Source: Mytilus californianus (taxonomy: Eukaryota). Taken from it: a DNA stretch of 64,000 bases. The DNA lies in the NCBI RefSeq assembly GCF_021869535.1, contig NW_026262745.1, positions 19,592,001-19,656,000 of the forward strand, written 5' to 3'. Shown one piece after another: positions 28,791 to 42,738 of this stretch (position 1 is its first letter; every line of letters starts with the position of its first letter). Position numbers and translations under genes: made by a program. Below the pieces are notes generated by a model. That model had not been told where the DNA came from and ran no database searches. It worked only from the letters and a program-made list of their open reading frames with translations.

Positions 28791-30931
28791 TTGGTGAAAT
28801 ACCATGGAATCACTTATATTCATTCCTATCAATAACTTTCAAATATAGAGGACCTTGAACATCAAATCCTATCAGTATATAATGCTCCATGGAAAACTAG
28901 ATTATACAAGTATCTTATGCTTATGTTTACGACATGATGAAGAAATTGGAAAAGTTTGGGTTGAGACATTGTTATTTGCATAATGGATGGACAGACACAC
29001 ATAAAAATTGTATTGTATGTTTTTTTAGAACTATGAAAAAAAAACATTGTTCACAGCAGATTTTACATCTATGATTTTGTTCGCATTATCAAAATTAAAT
29101 AGGAAAACTTGTACTCTTCAGTAGTAGAAAAATATTAGGTAAAATGAAGACATTAACCTTTTGAAAAATAATGACATTAAAAATGATAATTAATAGTATT
29201 TTATAACAATACAAATTTTAATGTGGAAACACATCTTCAATTATGACTATATCGTTTGTCATGATGAACTGATCTATTATGATGCTGTTGTAATTAGGTA
29301 GTTTGTTTTCCTTGATGGATAATAAAATAACAAAGCTATAAAATTGAACAATATACTAATATGTAATGATTCTGTCAAGGAAGACAATATTTTAATGAAT
29401 CTTTGATTAGGACTTAAAGAGTACAGTCAAGGTGTACGTAAGTTTGTCAATTGACATTGGTCTTTTTTATGGAAAGACTTCCGTTTGAACCCCTTCTGTT
29501 GACAGTATAAGCATATACATACATGAAGGGGGGGGGGGTTCAAAAGGAAGTCTTGCCTCTTTGATGAATATGTTCTTGATACAGGACTATGTTTTATTCC
29601 TGGACTCTGTTCTTCATATGTATTACTATGTAGGTATTGTCTTTAAGAATATCACAATTTTCCAACAACGATAATTCTTTGGTGTTATAATTTTTGGTCA
29701 ATCACAATACACAAAACTGAGAAGTAAAAGGTATTGAATTGGATGTGCTCCTGGAATCTCTTTTCCTAATGAGTTTAAGAAGTCTATGATCAAACAGTTT
29801 CTATTGAACAATGATGACCACTTTAATGTCCAGATATGTGGACAGTAAATAAGTTATTCATCTATTCCTATAAATAAAAAAAATGAATATTTATGAAATG
29901 ATAACTTTGCTCAAAATCGTTTATTTGCATGCTGACTGTTAATTTTATTTACATGTGATTGCAGATTTTGATATAAATCATCATTGTTTATTTTTAAGCT
30001 TTACTGGTGAGGGACTTTTATTTGGCGATATCTTTTTGTAAATGAGACAATATAATTGTATTGTAGCACACATGTTACATAGCCAAATCATGTCTACACA
30101 GTGAAAATAACTACTTTATGTGTTAGATTTAACACCTTGAGGAAATAAAACTAACCTTTCATAAACACCATCCAAAATACACTACTGAGAAGACGGGTAA
30201 TTAAATTCTTCTGCTTTTCTTTAAAAATTGTTGGTCTTTAAAAACCTGTAATTTAATAACATAGAGAGTAAAACATATTATCAGATTTCAAACAAGATTT
30301 GGTGAATATTTTCAAATAAAACAACCCCTTATGGCATGGATCACATCCTTAATGATTGAAAAAACAAGCTCAGATGTCAAATACAAAAACTAATTAAACT
30401 GGGGAGATTTTCCTGTGCCGAAAGGCCGCATGTGTCAGTAACAAATGATACTGGTCCAACTCTGGTCATTATTCATAGGTTTATAGTGATAAAACTGTGA
30501 CCTGAACCTAAAAGTATGACCACCCATCATTCACGATTGTCAACAAGAGTGTCGTGAGTCACACAGATGGTCCATATCTTTGAGGAATTTACTAATTCTG
30601 TCATCATTGGATACTGCTTTTTTTTACCTGAATATGACAATTTAATTTGTTTTACATCCTATATAGCTATAACATACATCTTACTTTACTTATGATAAAA
30701 GTCAACCTGCTAACTAGACAAAAAATAATATACAACTTCAAACATATGTACAGTAACCTCTAACTAATTGAAAGAGCAGAAGCACATTTATTAACTGGTA
30801 CAGTGGAAATTATTCTTAATTATTTTATTTATAATTTGTTAGGTTTAAGTATATTAATATATGTTATTTTTGTTCATTTTTGTAACACAATTATATTATG
30901 CCTTGTTTCTTCTGATGGAATAGGGAGTGAT

Positions 30932-33181
30932 GGTTGGTACTAAGGGGATGACAGATCTAGGTTAGAATAAACCTACAACGGCTGGTACTAAGGGGATGAC
31001 AGATCTAGGTTAGAATAAACCTACAACAGCTGGTACTAAGGGGATGACAGATCTAGGTTAGAATAAACCTACAACGGCTGGTACTAAGGGGATGACAGAT
31101 CTAGGTTAGAATAAACCTACAACGGCTGGTACTAAGGGGATGACAGATCTAGGTTAGAATAAACCTACAACGGCTGGTACTAAGGGGATGACAGATCTAG
31201 GTTAGAATAAACCTACAACGGTTGGTACTAAGGGGATGACAGATCTAGGTTAGAATAAACCTACAACGGTTGGTACTAAGGGGATGACAGATCTAGGTTA
31301 GAATAAACCTACAACGGCTGGTACTAAGGGGATGACAGATCTAGGTTAGAATAAACCTACAACGGCTGGTACTAAGGGGATGACAGATCTAGGTTAGAAT
31401 AAACCTACAACGGCTGGTACTAAGGGGATGACAGATCTAGGTTAGAATAAACCTACAACGGCTGGTACTAAGGGGATGACAGATCTAGGTTAGAATAAAC
31501 CTACAACGGCTGGTACTAAGGGGATGACAGATCTAGGTTAGAATAAACCTACAACGGCTGGTACTAAGGGGATGACAGATCTAGGTTAGAATAAACCTAC
31601 AACGGCTGGTACTAAGGGGATGACAGATCTAGGTTAGAATAAACCTACAACGGCTGGTACTATGGGGATGACAGATCTAGGTTAGAATAAACCTACAACG
31701 GCTGGTACTAAGGGGATGACAGATATAGGTTAGAATAAACCTACAATGGCTGGTACTAAGGGGATGACAGATATAGGTTAGAATAAACCTACAACGGCTG
31801 GTACTAAGGGGATGACAGATCTAGGTTAGAATAAACCTACAACGGTTGGTACTAAGGGGATGACAGATCTAGGTTAGAATAAACCTACAACGGCTGGTAC
31901 TAAGGGGATGACAGATCTAGTTTAGAATAAACCTACAACGGCTGGTACTAAGGAGATGACAGATCTAGGTTAGAATAAACCTACAACGGCTGGTACTAAG
32001 GGGATGACAGATCTAGGTTAGAATAAACCTACAACGGCTGGTACTAAGGGGATGACAGATCTAGGTTAGAATAAACCTACAACGGTTGGTACTAAGGGGA
32101 TGACAGATCTAGGTTAGAATAAACCTACAACGGTTGGTACTAAGGGGATGACAGATCTAGGTTAGAATAAACCTACAACGGCTGGTACTAAGGGGATGAC
32201 AGATCTAGGTTAGAATAAACCTACAACGGTTGGTACTAAGGGGATGACAGATATAGGTTAGAATAAACCTACAACGGCTGGTACTAAGGGGATGACAGAT
32301 CTAGGTTAGAATAAACCTACAACGGCTGGTACTAAGGGGATGACAGATCTAGGTTAGAATAAACCTACAACGGCTGGTACTATGGGGATGACAGATATAG
32401 GTTAGAATAAACCTACAACGGCTGGTACTAAGGGGATGACAGATATAGGTTAGAATAAACCTACAACGGCTGGTACTAAGGGGATGACAGATCTAGGTTA
32501 GAATAAACCTACAACGGTTGGTACTAAGGGATGACAGATCTAGGTTAGAATAAACCTACAACGGTTGGTACTAAGGGGATGACAGATCTAGGTTAGAATA
32601 AACCTACAACGGTTGGTACTAAGGGGATGACAGATCTAGGTTAGAATAAACCTACAACGGTTGGTACTAAGGGGATGACAGATCTAGGTTAGAATAAACC
32701 TACAACGGCTGGTACTAAGGGGATGACAGATCTAGTTTAGAATAAACCTACAACGGCTGGTACTAAGGAGATGACAGATCTAGGTTAGAATAAACCTACA
32801 ACGGCTGGTACTAAGGGGATGACAGATCTAGGTTAGAATAAACCTACAACGGCTGGTACTAAGGGGATGACAGATCTAGGTTAGAATAAACCTACAACGG
32901 TTGGTACTAAGGGGATGACAGATCTAGGTTAGAATAAACCTACAACGTTTGGTACTAAGGGGATGACAGATCTAGGTTAGAATAAACCTACAATGGCTGG
33001 TACTAAGGGGATGACAGATCTAGGTTAGAATAAACCTACAACGGTTGGTACTAAGGGGATGACAGATATAGGTTAGAATAAACCTACAACGGCTGGTACT
33101 AAGGGGATGACAGATCTAGGTTAGAATAAAACCTACAACGGCTGGTACTAAGGGGATGACAGATCTAGGTTAGAATAAACC
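30932..33181. repeat. 48-bp tandem array, ~47 highly homogeneous units
   Basis: Unit ACGGCTGGTACTAAGGGGATGACAGATCTAGGTTAGAATAAACCTACA; the phase repeats every 240 bp (5 units). Stop codons in all six frames; no spacers. Confidence 0.98.
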
Positions 33182-33255
33182 GAAATTCTAGCTAAACAGA
33201 AAAGGCTGTTAGTGAAAATGTGTCACATGACTTTGGTAAAGTTCTGATTACTTCT

Positions 33256-33528
33256 TAACCCGAATAATTCAGTCGTTATATTTCACTGATCTACGATGGC
33301 TACATTAACGCCTGAAAGCCTTGTCAATAAAAAATCGTCAAATAATCATTCGGAATTAGCTCGGGATTTACCTATCTCGATAACATTGAGCTATTTGCTG
33401 ATTGGCTCTCTCTCACAGAGAGCACCAATCAAAATCCTGGATTCGTGACGCGTTTTTATTGTATTAAGAATTCAGGCCCTCGCGAGTGGGAGAGTCGATC
33501 ACGGGGAGGGTCTGAATTATTCGGGTTA
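33256..33528. mobile_element. 273-bp MITE with 17-bp perfect TIRs
   Basis: TAACCCGAATAATTCAG ... CTGAATTATTCGGGTTA, flanked by ATTACTTCT at 33247-33255 and 33529-33537. CpG-rich interior with hairpin GATTGGCTCTCT..AGAGAGCACCAATC. Confidence 0.9.
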
Positions 33529-35374
33529 ATTACTTCTTAAAAGTTACAAAACTGCATACCGTTATTGTATTTGGATACTACGTCTATAAATGAGGTTTAA
33601 GATTCTTAAAAAAATCTTATAAAACTGCAATTAGAATTAAAAATGATAAACTAAAGATACTGTAATTTCTATAACATGAATATATCTTTTACTGAATAAG
33701 ACCTTATAATATTTTACACATTTACAGGAACTTTCGAAATTCAACACAAACAACAGTATTATCGCATATTAATCTAAGGTGTCTAGTCAATTAATTAAAA
33801 GTTAAATAAAAACACTCATTACTGACAACTGGACATAGGTTTGACACTTTGTTACCAGATGTCTAATTAATATAATCCTTCTAAACATGCTAAATAATAT
33901 TTGCCACACTTTATAATTATCTAACATGTCCACACTCAGGTGTAATTGAGCCAAGCTTTTCCAGCACTCAGACACAGTCAAGAGTACTTGAGTGTTTTAA
34001 TAGTCTCTGGACCAGTATGAGGTAAACATATTTCATTACACGTTTACCTGTAGGGGGTCCATAATTATAGAATGTACCTTGATACAGACAGACAAAATAA
34101 TAGGATGTGATGTAGTCTATTAATTAACATGTCTAATTCTTATCCCTATCTTCTGTTTTATCTCATAACATCTAACGATTAGTGAAAAACACCTGTAATC
34201 TTAAGCAATACCTGTCATTTATTATATTTTTACCTAATCTTTCATATATGAGCTATTAGAATAAAAATTTGAAAAGTTTTGTAAGGTAGATTACATATTT
34301 TTAATAACAACATAGAATTATATGTTAAAATTCTTAATAATAAATCAAATTCTAAAAAAAATCAAGTAACTGATAAAAGAAAATATGAGACCAACTAAAA
34401 AAGTAACTTAATAACTAAAAATAACCAGTTGTTTCCAGGAGAAGTTATATATCACTTATCTAGCTGTCATCTTTAACCCTTCATGAAAATTTGTTTCCTC
34501 ATTTTTTAGAAAAATAGACTAAATCATTGAAATAATTTCATAAAAAAAATGTTTACATACAAGCAGATCCCTAATACATTTCAAATAGAGCTAGATCAAG
34601 GACAAAATTTGCTGGAAAACATTTTTGGAAAATTCCTTAATGGTATCAATGTTTTATAATTCTTATTAGAGTGTAAAAGGACAGATCAGACACTTATAAA
34701 AGTCACCATAACCTTTCATCAAAAATAGCCGAAAACTTAAACCTGGAGAAAGCTGAACAATACTAATAATTTTCACCTTACACCAAGAAACAGGTGATCT
34801 ACAATAACTGACCAGAAATGTAAATAAACGATATTTGTTGGGTAAACAAAATTTATAATGACCAGCTTCAGGGTATTTGTCAACGTCCAGGTCCCAACAA
34901 ATTATAAGAAAATTATCCTTATTTGTTTAAGACAAGAAGTGAAAGGAAGGATGGCGGGATGATGGGTTGTATGTCACTTGTACTGGGTAAAATAATAATA
35001 ATTTTATGCGCAGCAGGATCGTAATGAGACTTTTACAATTGTCACCTGTTGACAAGTAAATTTTGAAATCATTTTCTAGAGGAATTTAACACTTGCATAA
35101 ATAGCAATCATTTTGGAAGGGATTTTGGTACCGGTAAAACTTGTTATGAAAGTGTTTCCTAATTTAAAATTTAAATCCCAAATCAATTAACTTTTACCAT
35201 GAGTTAAGAGCTATGCATTTTACAGTATCAGATTAAACAATTTGAACTTCTCAAATTTCTGAACTATTTGATGTTAGGCAATATGAGTGTAATACGATTA
35301 AACCAGCAACTTTATATTGCTTCAAATGTAAGTCTAATAATGAGTCTATCTTAAAAACTAGCATTTAAAAAAAA

Positions 35375-35678
35375 AAGAATGTGTCCATAGTACATGGATG
35401 CCCCACTCACGCTATTATTTTCTATGTTCAGTGGACCGTGAAATTGGGGTCAAATCTCTAATTTGGCATTAAAAGTAGAAAGATCATATCATAATGAACA
35501 TGTGTACTAAGTTTCAAGTTGATAGGACTTCAACTTCATCAAAAACTACCTTGACCAAAAACTTAAACCTGAAGTGGGACAGATCTCAACGGATGAACAA
35601 AAGGACGGACTAACGAACGGAAGGACGCACAGACCAGAAAACATAATGCCCTACTACTATCGTAGGTGGTGCATAGAA
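35375..35678 (+). mobile_element. Short Helentron-like non-autonomous element
   Basis: AAGAATGTGTCC start, degenerate (GGAC)n tract, 3' hairpin ATGCCCTACTAC..GTAGGTGGTGCAT. Confidence 0.65.
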
Positions 35679-37139
35679 ATTGAACCTGTGAAAAAATTCA
35701 CTTGGAAATCCCATTCTACACTTTTGCTTCTTAACAAGGCATCAATATCTTTACTCTGTGCTGCATGCACTTAGTCAATTGGTAATGCAGGTGTTGATTC
35801 AGTGGGAGGGGAAGGAGGTGGGGCACCAAGCCTATGCTTACTGAGGCTGAAATATTTTTGTGAACTTGTTAAGTTGGGTTGCTGTCTCATTGATTTTTAC
35901 CTTACAAATCCTTATAGTCATACTGATGAATGAGCAGACAGTATTAGAGTAATGAATTCAAGATTGCTCTATCCTCTGGGCTTCTACCAATCAGCAAAAA
36001 TAATCTGGGTAATGTAAAAAATTATATAAACATATAAACATTTCTGAAGGACATCTATTTCCCATATATATATCGATATAGCATCACTGATATATGTAAT
36101 TTTACATTTTGTAGAATAAAATACACATTTTAAAGATATGGAAATAAAGTTATGAAATGGACTGCAGTCATATACTTTAAAAACATGTTATCAAAAATTC
36201 CATCAATATCTTACTAATGTTCCTTTTAGATATCAAAGATGTTAAAATGATACATAAAGACATCAGTATTTCTTTTTTTACATAAGTCATTTAACATTCT
36301 GTGTTTGTAGTCATTTTTATGCTGTTTGATATAATCTAACAACATTAAGCGATCTTGTTAAATGAGTCGAGCATAAAATTCAGCAACTAATGGGTCAATG
36401 AGTTTGCAAAAAGAGATAATCGTTTTAAATTAGGAAAGTGTAATTTTGAAGTTTTTGAAGATTGCGACCAATCTTTCGTCAGAAACTTTTTCAAACGATA
36501 TATGTTATATGTTACGATACAAGATTTTTATCATTTTAATAATTTGTCATTGAGAGTGAGTTTTGACATTTGTGAAGTTCTCCTTTGTAAAGAACAGGGT
36601 TACTTGTCTCGTTTTAACCCTTTTGACCTTCCTTCTAAAACGATACATGTTTTTCTAATAATTTTACAGTTAAAGGAAATTTAAAGAGTATTTAAGCATT
36701 TAATGTAGTGTAAAAATAATCGTAGGTTGTATAAAATGAACACATATAATACAATTAAATATACATCTATACACAATAATAAAGGTTTAGAAACACAGAC
36801 TACAATAAAATAATGAATGAATTTACACAAAAAGCAAATCCAATTATTACACTAAAATTGGGAACCATGTGTTCTTTGGTAATATATGAATAACTTCTAA
36901 TAATAATAATAACACTCATTCTAGGCAGGAAATGTGTTCAGTAATAGCAAAATTATAAATTAATATAATTTGTCATCATTTGTTAGTTTTCTAAGGAAGT
37001 GTTTGAGAGACTGCTGGTAAAAAAAATTGTAAATGGCTTCACCGAACCATGTGTCTCTCTTGTGACTCACAGCTGCTATCAGTCTGGAAGTGTAATGTTT
37101 ACTGCCAAAAATTAAGTCCATTTATCAGTTAAATACAGA

Positions 37140-38215
37140 AACTAGAGGCTCTAAAGAGCCTGTGTCGCTCACCATGGTCTAATTGTGCATATTCAACAAA
37201 GGACGCTCTCCAACATTGTAGACGAGTATAGAATTCATGACAAAGATATGTTTTGTTGATCTTGTATTGATGATCATTTAGTCTGTTTAGTTTCTCTCTA
37301 TCATCTTTAGTTTTAGCTCAAAACACAAGAGGGTAAAAAAAATCCTCATTCAAGGGCAATCACTCCTATAAAGAGCGACAGTCTACTAACTATATCGACA
37401 AAATTTGACTTGATAGTAAATCTTGCCTTGCTGATTATAATTTTGTGATTTAAAGTGTCTATTTATCTGTTATAATTTTTTTTCTTTATGTTTATTATAA
37501 CTTCATTAAGGCAAAACGCAAAAAAAAAGGTAAAAATTGTCATTAAAGAGCAATAACTCCAATAAGGAGTTGTCTGACGATTTCCTCCATACAGTCTTAA
37601 ATGTAGATCTTGTTCTTGTTGATCATTGTTGCCTACACAAGTTTCTATCTATCTTTTATATTTTTTAAGATATAAGGCAAAAACGCAAAAAAATGGTAAA
37701 AATTGTCATTAAAGGGCAATAACTCTAATAAGGAGTCAACTGACGATTTCGACAATGCAAACTTATTTGTAGAACTTGTCTTGCTTGTCATTTTTGCTTT
37801 CAAAGTTTCTCTCTATCTATTATAGTTTTCAAGATTATAGGCAAAAATGAAAAAAAAATGGTAAAATTTGTTATTTAAGGGCAATAACTCCTATAAGAAG
37901 TCGTTCAACAGTTTAGACATATCTGAACAATTGGTAGAGCTCAAGATTCTGATCGCCGCGATATAGCCTTGTTGTGCTAATGCGGCGTAAAGCAACCAAC
38001 AATCAATCAATCAATCAAGATTCTGAACCTTTCTGCCCTTGTCAGATTTTCTCTATTTATAACTATTTAAAATAATAGACAAACTTGCATTTTACCTCTA
38101 TGTTCTATTTTTAGCCATGTCGGCCATCTTGGTTGGCAGGCGGGGTCATCGTACACATTTTTTAAACTGGATACCCCAATGATGATTGTGGCCAAGTTTG
38201 GTTAAGAATGTTTAA
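37140..38215 (+). mobile_element. Helentron-like element with ~185-bp internal repeats, 3'-truncated
   Basis: 5' hairpin GAGGCTC-TAAA-GAGCCT and repeated AAG(G/A)GCAATAACTC units; same family as 62960-63472. Confidence 0.65.
37953..38014 (+). mobile_element. 5'-truncated retroposon insert with 12-bp TSD
   Basis: 62-bp CpG-rich fragment ending in (AATC)n, flanked by TCAAGATTCTGA at 37941-37952 and 38015-38026. Confidence 0.8.
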
Positions 38216-41200
38216 ATTCTGCTCAGGGTGATATTTCTTGACTATGAAGGAATTAAATCAAATCATTCCAAGTTATGTAGAATACCATGAAGTTTGGAAA
38301 AAAGATATTCAAGTGTTAACATCAATCTATACCTAAATGTTGACTGAAAATGAAAGGAAGTCCATTCATTTTCCTAAGCTTCTAAGCGGTAAAATAGGAA
38401 AAACAGGACAAAAAAATCAAAATTTTACTCTGAACGGTATTTCTTGATTTTGAAGAAGCTTCTGTAAAAGCTTCCTGAAATTCTATGGTGTATTGAAAAA
38501 TTTAACTATCTAAAATAAAATACATCCATTTACTAAATAAAAAGCCAATGAAGCCGAAAAACATGGAAAAATTAACAAAAATTTCTTCAGATGCTATTTT
38601 TTAAAATGAAGAAGCTTCTGTCAAAAGTATCTTAAAAATTAAAAAAAAAAGTTATGTCTAAAGAAATCTAACCCCAGACTGTATAAAAATGTGTGTGTCA
38701 AATAAGTTAAATCCATTTATCAGTAAAATACTGTAAAAAGACTAATATCATATTTTCAAAATTTTAATGTGGATTTTGTTTCTTGATCATGAAGAAGCTT
38801 CTGTCCAAGTTTTTAAAAATTCCATGAAGGTTTGACAAAGGTATTGATGTCTAAAAAAAACTTTACCCACTAAAAGAAATGTCAACGACAAGACACTGTG
38901 GCCAACAGAATATAGGATCACTATGTTTCACCTTCCTGACTTTCATCTATAAAGGTGAGATAAAAATTGCATAAGTAATAGAAAATCTTTTACTATTCTG
39001 CATGAGGTAAGATCTATTTTATTTACTTGGTTAGCTGTCTCTATCAAAATGGACTCTTATAATATTTTCAATAATGAATCAACCCCCTTTAGTTGTGTTG
39101 CTGGGTTGATTGAGTCATTGATGTATTAACTGCATCTCCATGAACTCGTGCATTTTTTGTCATCTTTTCTCTAAAAATCTGAAACTAGTTTCATATTAGA
39201 TGAGATTTTAAGACTTAAAGTAGATTAAAGATCTTAATCTTCTTTAATGTAATTGAAGCTTTGTTAGGAAAGAAGACAATGAAATTTAATATTGTCATTA
39301 ACCAATGTGCATACATGCTATGGATGGAAAACATGTCTTGCCCCCTTATGGCTTATCTGACAGAAAACAAATTCATTGCCATAACCTGAGAATGATATAA
39401 TGTGGTAATATTTATTGTGGATTCCAAGGAAATTGGTGAACCAGGACTTTAAAAGTTCAACAAAATACAAATTTTCTACAGGCATGACTGCAAAACTTCT
39501 TAAAACAATGAAATAAAGCACCCCATCCTCGAAAATAAATGCATCTACAGTATCAATAATGTAAGAATACCATTCATGTTTCTTTACAATCATTCCTTAT
39601 GTTTAATTCCTTTATATGCTATGGTTTCAGTCTCAACCAACAAAATTAAGTACTGCTGGCAAAGCTAACACATGATAACCACAACACCTATATACAGCAA
39701 TGGCAAAGCCCATGATTTTTTAAAAGAAAATTCAAACATAATTCCAATTAACAACAAAATAGAAAGTGCACAATGGCCTTGTATAATGAAGATTATGAAT
39801 AAATGAATTATGACAAAGTAAAATTGACATGTCAAATTAAACCCATAAAATCAAATGGAATGGGAAGTGCAAATAATACATAATTTGAGTAAAATTCTGT
39901 GAAAGTTTCATAAAATTCTGTCAAGCGGTTCAGGAGCAGTTGTGGATACATAAGTGGGACAGAAGAACAAATGGACAGACAGACAGACAAATTCCCCTAT
40001 CACTATAAACCGCCTATCTCTGAAAACAGGGAGTATAATGATACACTTTCTTAACATGCTTAAAGCCTGCTCAGTGACCATAAATCTTCTAACTCACAAT
40101 AAATCTAATTTTTCAACATAAAAAACATGTAATTGATATAAAAACTGCATGTTCTTTATAAATAGAAAGACATTTATCAGTTTCTTTGTCTTTTTTTTTT
40201 TTAATTTTTCAACCTATATCTATGATCACAGAGTAAAACATCTAGACATGATAGTATTTGACCCTACAGTATAAAGTGGTCCCTTGAGGATATGAAACAT
40301 CTCGTTTAATGAGCATCCTTTATATTTTAGTAATTTATAAGGACTTGTACCTTGTACATGTTTTAGTAAATCATTATTTTGTATATGTTCTTTTAAGATA
40401 GAAATCTTTAAGAAAAACCTATGATCGTAGGAAAGTTCAAGTTGTTAGTCATATTTTGTAACAACAAAAACATTTTGTTGATGTTGCTGACTTAACACAT
40501 ATTATTACAAATTGTGGAAGAATAGAGAAGTATCAGTGCTATTAAAAACTAAACAATGAACTCCACCCTGTATGGCTGCAGGATGGCATAGCATTTTTTT
40601 CAAAAGTTATATAAAAGAAAAATTATGGAAAAAACAAAAAGGAAAGAGCATTTTGTCAAAACTTTCAATCAAATGGATATAAGTTGTCATTGGATTAGGC
40701 CAGTTACAGTAAAACAAAAGATGGAAGAGGGGGTAGTAAAAACAAATATTTGCAAGAAAGCTTCTTAAAAGATGACAGAATCTTTTAATGAATATATGTT
40801 TACTGGTTACCTAAGATCTGAAGAGGGATATAATACAAGAAAACAGTACACATTCAACACATTTCTATTCAAACTTGAAAATTTGTTCACTTATATGTAT
40901 CAAACAGAAATAATGATACAACTGTTTTGCAAAGGTCATTTTAATATGGCCAGCATAGCCATTTAGGCGACATACTTAAGATTATAACCTTCGACTGAAT
41001 AAACCAAATGGATGTTTTTCTTCCATCTTACAAAACAGAATGACCATTATATAATCTAAATTATATAATAAGTCAATTGCACCCCATACATGAAATCCCT
41101 GTATTCTTATCTTAACAAAGTCAGAACTTTTTATTGTCAAATCTCCTACTGTTTTATGTTATTTGGAACATCATTGTATGTTTTATTCAGATAATGTGAA

Positions 41201-42446
41201 CAAAATGACCACTGTTTGCTAGAAAAGAAGAATAAAAACATTTTCCTTCCTTTTTTAAAGGACGCTTTAAAGTAACAACTGTTTCAGTGATATAATACAC
41301 ATTCTTACACATAATATCTAACAGAAAATCTAATAAAAGTCACTTTAAAAAACAATTTAAGTGATTCATGGAATAGAAGAAACAAGAAAAATCCATTTTA
41401 TAACTAATTTTGCCTCATATGTTGTTGTGGATCATTTTGTTGCTGTCATTATTTTGCCATTTGCTGGAAAAAGGTGTGGATTATGGGTTGGAGTCAACAA
41501 GGTCATCAATTGATAAATCATTATCGAATGTTCAGGACTGGTCTTATAGAAATCATCAAAGATGTGCAAGGTCCTCAGAAATATAATTTCATTCTACAGT
41601 CCAAGTTTCAAAGTTAATCATTTCTTATGACCATATTAATTTTCCCATTCCATAAAAAGTTGGCCAAGTTCAAAATAATCCTGCAACTTTAAAATAAGAT
41701 CTCTTTTCCATTACAATTAAAACAACTGCATACTTTTGTACATGATTCTTCCCACTCAAAGCAAGGTTTTTTTTAGTAGACACTGTGAAACCAGATCAGC
41801 CCTCCCCTCCTCAGCCCAACTTGACCTTTGAGTTTCTATAGAAAATAATCAGAAAGAGTTTTATTTGCCACCAGCCAAATTCTACTGAAATTTCCATTGC
41901 TACTAGTTTTGTTTACCCAATCTTTGAATTCCTCTAGATATAAATTCATATTTCAATGAAATTTACTACAATTTACTTATCATCATCATGTAAATTTACA
42001 TTAAATATTCATAATTTAACCATAAAACTATATTACATGCATCCAATGTAATCATTAAATGTATTAGAATGCTACAATAATTTATATTTCACGATCAACT
42101 CTTTGACACACAATTGACAACCATGGCATAATTGAAATTTCTCTGCATTGAAATTTGATTTATTCCCTGTAAACATTGTGTTCACAGTCATGTGAATCAT
42201 TAACCATAATGACGACCATTATGACTTTTAAATGATACCTAATGTAATTTCTATGATTTTGTCATTATTGGTATAAAAGGTGGCATGTGTAGCATTACGC
42301 TTAGCATACAATTTACATCTCAGCTGATGGTGAAACACAATATAAAGAATGTTTCATTTTTGCATAAAAATATCATATTTATATTTTTTTCCTTTTTACA
42401 TTTTTCCAATTAAATCTAATTTAACATTAATGAGTTAGTCTTAAAT

Positions 42447-42648
42447 GAGGGGCGAAAAGGGGGGTATCTGCACAGAAGAACGCGAAATAAAATTGCCATT
42501 TCACGATGAACGAACAATTAAAAATTTCTTGCTAGTTGATCTTTTTACCAATTTCACGAAACACAGTGAATAACGAACCTTTTTCACGGCTGCACGTGAA
42601 ATAAAAATGGCAAAACATGTTGCACGAAAATAACCCTTTACCATCCTC
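42447..42648. mobile_element. Mutator-like MITE (~200 bp)
   Basis: Imperfect TIRs GAGGGGCGAAAAGGG / rc GAGGATGGTAAAGGG; flanking direct repeat TTAAAT (up to 9 bp, TCTTAAATG); internal TTTCACG/CGTGAAA motifs. Confidence 0.65.
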
Positions 42649-42738
42649 TTAAATGTATTCTTGTGTCTGTGGAAATTACTGTGACATCATTATTATTTGT
42701 GGGATACAAATCGTGGATTTCGTGGGTATAAGTTGACC

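Noticed and set aside
29410-29640. Two plus-strand exon candidates (DLKSTVKVY / DYVLFLDSVLHMYYYV)
   Set aside because: Isolated, frame-ambiguous, with no supporting neighbours; such pairs arise readily by chance in AT-rich DNA.
30932-33181. 48-bp array as a CRISPR array or coding repeat
   Set aside because: Units are head-to-tail with no unique spacers, there are no cas genes, the context is eukaryotic, and all six frames contain stops.
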